Shown here piece after piece: positions 60,960 through 64,000 of a stretch of DNA of 64,000 nucleotides. Numbering within the stretch: position 1 is the first letter of the stretch; every line of letters begins with the position of its first letter. Both the position numbers and the translations under genes were made by a program. Below the pieces are notes generated by a model. The model was not told the DNA's origin. It saw only the letters and a program-made list of their open reading frames with translations, and made no database searches. Where the stretch lies: NCBI RefSeq assembly GCF_009914755.1, contig NC_060925.1; one strand, given 5' to 3'. The stretch is from the human T2T-CHM13v2.0 reference genome, Homo sapiens.

Positions 60960-61432
60960 TCCTCAGCACTAATACAGGCCATTTTCAGCAATAGGTTTGG
61001 GTTGGTTGCCCATAGGCAGATCCAGGGATAGGCCCTGATTGGCTTAAGTATAATCTATACTCAAAAGACTGGTTCTGAAATGGGCACATGATAAAGATAT
61101 GGCTGACGGGACTTTCAGAAGGGAAAAAGGGCTTCTCTTATCCTAGAGCTTCATAACAGGACTCTTTTTTTTTTTTTTTTTTTTAACTTGGACAAGGACC
61201 AGAAAGGATGAAACCATGGGAGCTGTCTGCAGCTATATTTCACCAATGAGAAAAACACCTGCCTGAAAAGAGAATTAGCATTGAAGAGACTAAGCAGAAA
61301 AATGAAAACCAAGCCCTGGTGAATCCTGAATCAAGTCATGCTTCATGGTTATATGAGCAAACACATTCCTTTTATTGTAACCAGATTGAGTTGTATAATC
61401 TATATCTTGCAACCTAGAGAGTCCTAATATAC
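60960..61432 (+). mobile_element. Old MLT1 LTR remnant
   Basis: ctgattggcttaag...cttgcaacctagagagtcctaatata. Confidence 0.6.
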
Positions 61433-62011
61433 CTATTTAAAAATTAATATCAATGAAATCTAGGGGAATGCATTTCTCTGATCACCTCACCTCCATCATA
61501 ACAAGCATGTTCAATGTTAACACAAGTATCCCAAATGATATAATAAATGTTATAAAATATATCAACTATTACATGTTACACACAGAGTTGTGGCACAAAA
61601 TGACTCTTTCTAGAGCAAATCTAAATGTAAATGCTTTGTAAATAAAGTTCAAACTTTATGTACCACTCTAAGGTGGGACTTAGTGCCCCACTTTCATACA
61701 GTTTTGTCTACTTTGAGCACAGAGAATCTGAGAAATGAACACATGATAGAATAAGCTAAGGGTAAAGCCCTGAGGAGGCTTTCTAAAACAAGAGACATAA
61801 TGAATGAAAGTTACTTGGTGAGAAATGACACCGGCTCTAAAGTATGACGATCAAATGAAAATTGAAGGGGGCAGGTAATCTATTCAACATCTAAATGACA
61901 CTGGGAATGGAGAAGACAGAAAAAAAAAAGGTTAATTTTGGTTAATTCAGTAATCTCCTTACCAAATAATCTGAAATCCATTTCTACATCTCTTTAAAAT
62001 TGCTGTTTTTA

Positions 62012-62300
62012 AGCCAGGTGTGGTGGCTCACACCTGTAATCACAGCACTTTGGGACGCCGAGGCGGGAGGATCCCTTGAACCTACGAATTCAAGAGCAGC
62101 CTGTGCAACATTGGGAGACCGCATGTCTACAAATAAAAAGTTAGCCAAGCATGTTGGCACACACCTGTAGTTCCAGCTACTCAGGAGGCTGAGCTAGGAG
62201 GATGACGTGAAATCAGGAGTTAGAGATTGCAGTGAGCTATGACTGCACCACTGCACTCTAGCCTTGGCAACAGAGTGAGACTCTGTCTCAAAAAAAAAAA
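62012..62300 (+). mobile_element. AluJ-like
   Basis: Full dimer; near-TSD aaaattgctgtttttaa/aaaatactgtttttaa. Confidence 0.92.
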
Positions 62301-63729
62301 ATACTGTTTTTAAATTTTGAAATAATTACAGGTTCACATGCAGTTGCAGATATGGTACTGTGTTTACTTCACCCAGGTTCCCCCAATGCTTACACCTTAC
62401 ATGCTTACAATATGAAAACCAGGGATTTGACATTAAAACAATGTATGTATAGCTCCATGGCATCTTATCACATGTAAATTTTTGTAATCATCATAGTCAA
62501 GATACAGAATTATTCTGTTACCTACAAGATCTCTGTTGTTCAAGCCCTGTACAGTCCACTTCCACCCTCTCATCTCCACCAAAAGAAGTTTCATGTAACA
62601 ATATGTACTCTTGTACATATGTATCTATATAAGATATGTATCTATATAAGATAGTTCCATTTATTTTCTATTTAAATCTGGTCTAGTCTATTTCATTCCT
62701 GTAAAATGCTGTCTCTACCCTTTGAATCGATGTCATGGCCTATTAGTGGATCCTGATCCTTAATTTTAAAGACAATGCAGTAAATCAATCTCAGGTTTTT
62801 GTTGGTGCGGGGACCTGACTTATGGTGAATGTGAATAACATCACAGTTGTTCATTTTTGGTGATCTCATGTTTGGTCCCACTCTTCCACAGCTTTCTCTA
62901 GGGTCCCTCCTTCGCTTTCCAGATTTTAAACTCTCCTCAGATTACTTAACAGTCTCCAGATCCTAATTTTTTATTCCAACAAAAAGAAAATCAATTTGCA
63001 AAATATAATACCAATTTATTAATTCACTGAGATTTTTAATGAACCAATAGGGTTGTTTCAATCACCTCCTACTAAGATTTAAGAAAATGAAAATATGACT
63101 ACAGGGTTGCATGGTAAACACAGAAACCAAAAAACACGTAGTGATGGTCTATAGTGGCTTAGTCGCCTTTCTCCTGTACAACTGAATAATCTACTTTTGT
63201 CCTCAAAGATCAATTCCTGCCCTCCCAGTATTGAAGAGCACTAACAAAATTGGTACTCTTCAGCCCTCCTTTTCTTGAAACCCAGACGGGGGGTAGGAAG
63301 ATGGGGTGGTGTTAATTTAATCCTAACACCTGAAATTACTTCCCGGGCTTGCCGTAATTTTCTCAAATACAATTATGTGACGGTATCAAGATCACTTTCA
63401 TCCATCAGAAAGGAGATAATAGTTTTAGGTTGGATTTTGTAAATATTCAGCAACATGAACACAACACCTTTTCTTATTCAGTGTGCGATTTTACTTTTGG
63501 CCCTTATTCTAGGGTGGGCCAAAGAACCAAGCAAAGAAGGCTCCGCTTCCACCTTTATTCCTATCACATACTACCTGGAAACACTCAGCCTTTTCTGGAT
63601 AGGCCCAAGGTGGTTATTCACAAACCTCGGGTCTTTTGATCACTTTCTGGGATCTTAACAGTTGTGGAGATTATACTGAATGATCCCAAGTCCAGTCTGA
63701 CATAACAAAAAATGTCCACCTTTCAGCTG

Positions 63730-64000
63730 GGTGGGCGCGGGGGAAGAAGGAAGAGCTTGGAATTTAAGTCCAAAGATGTGGAAACACCAGGCTCTTCCCC
63801 GTCCAGGCAGCTCATCAGAGCCTCGTTAGCTGCCTTAAAAGCCCATTTTATTTCCGCAGCGGGCCCGCTGGTGAAGGCAGAAGGCTCAGTCCGTCCGCCT
63901 CCACCTGCTGCCACGGCAGCGCGAACCGACCCCACGCAGCGATGGCCACGAGCTGCCCAAGACCGGCTCGCCGCGCCCAGGCCCGCGTTGGTCGCCCCTC
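63730..64000. promoter_or_regulatory. Left edge of a CpG island (probable promoter region continuing beyond the window)
   Basis: Abrupt rise in GC and CpG density (gggcgcgggg, cggcagcgcg, gctcgccgcgcccaggcccgcg) in non-repeat sequence. Confidence 0.75.

Noticed and set aside
63723-63935. 70-aa minus-strand ORF in the CpG island edge
   Set aside because: Non-ATG start, GC-rich stop-poor sequence and no recognisable domain

Overview
Primate (human-like) non-coding DNA, AT-rich and CpG-depleted, dominated by nested transposable elements. No intact protein-coding gene, RNA gene or CRISPR array is supported. The supplied ORFs are repeat-derived, low-complexity or short frames without support. Contents: about 22 Alu/FLAM copies, a full-length THE1 MaLR provirus with TSD, several solo THE1/MST/MLT1/MER57/LTR16-like LTRs, a near full-length L1PA7-like LINE abutting an L1MB3-like LINE, a twin-primed L1, MER63/Tigger2a/MER3/MER58 DNA transposons and an ERVL pol remnant. 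The most unusual signals are a fossil R4/Dong-clade LINE (RT plus CCHC motifs, 13.3-15.4 kb), a fossil Ty3/Gypsy-type integrase (28.9-31.2 kb) with part of its HHCC region copied into its own core, a polyadenylated U5-less LTR7Y-like HERV-H retrocopy, and a 46-bp micro-retroinsertion with a 14-bp TSD. A CpG island begins at the right edge. I see no evidence of a new functional multi-gene system. All family and subfamily calls come from recalled consensus features, not database searches; boundaries without TSDs are approximate.
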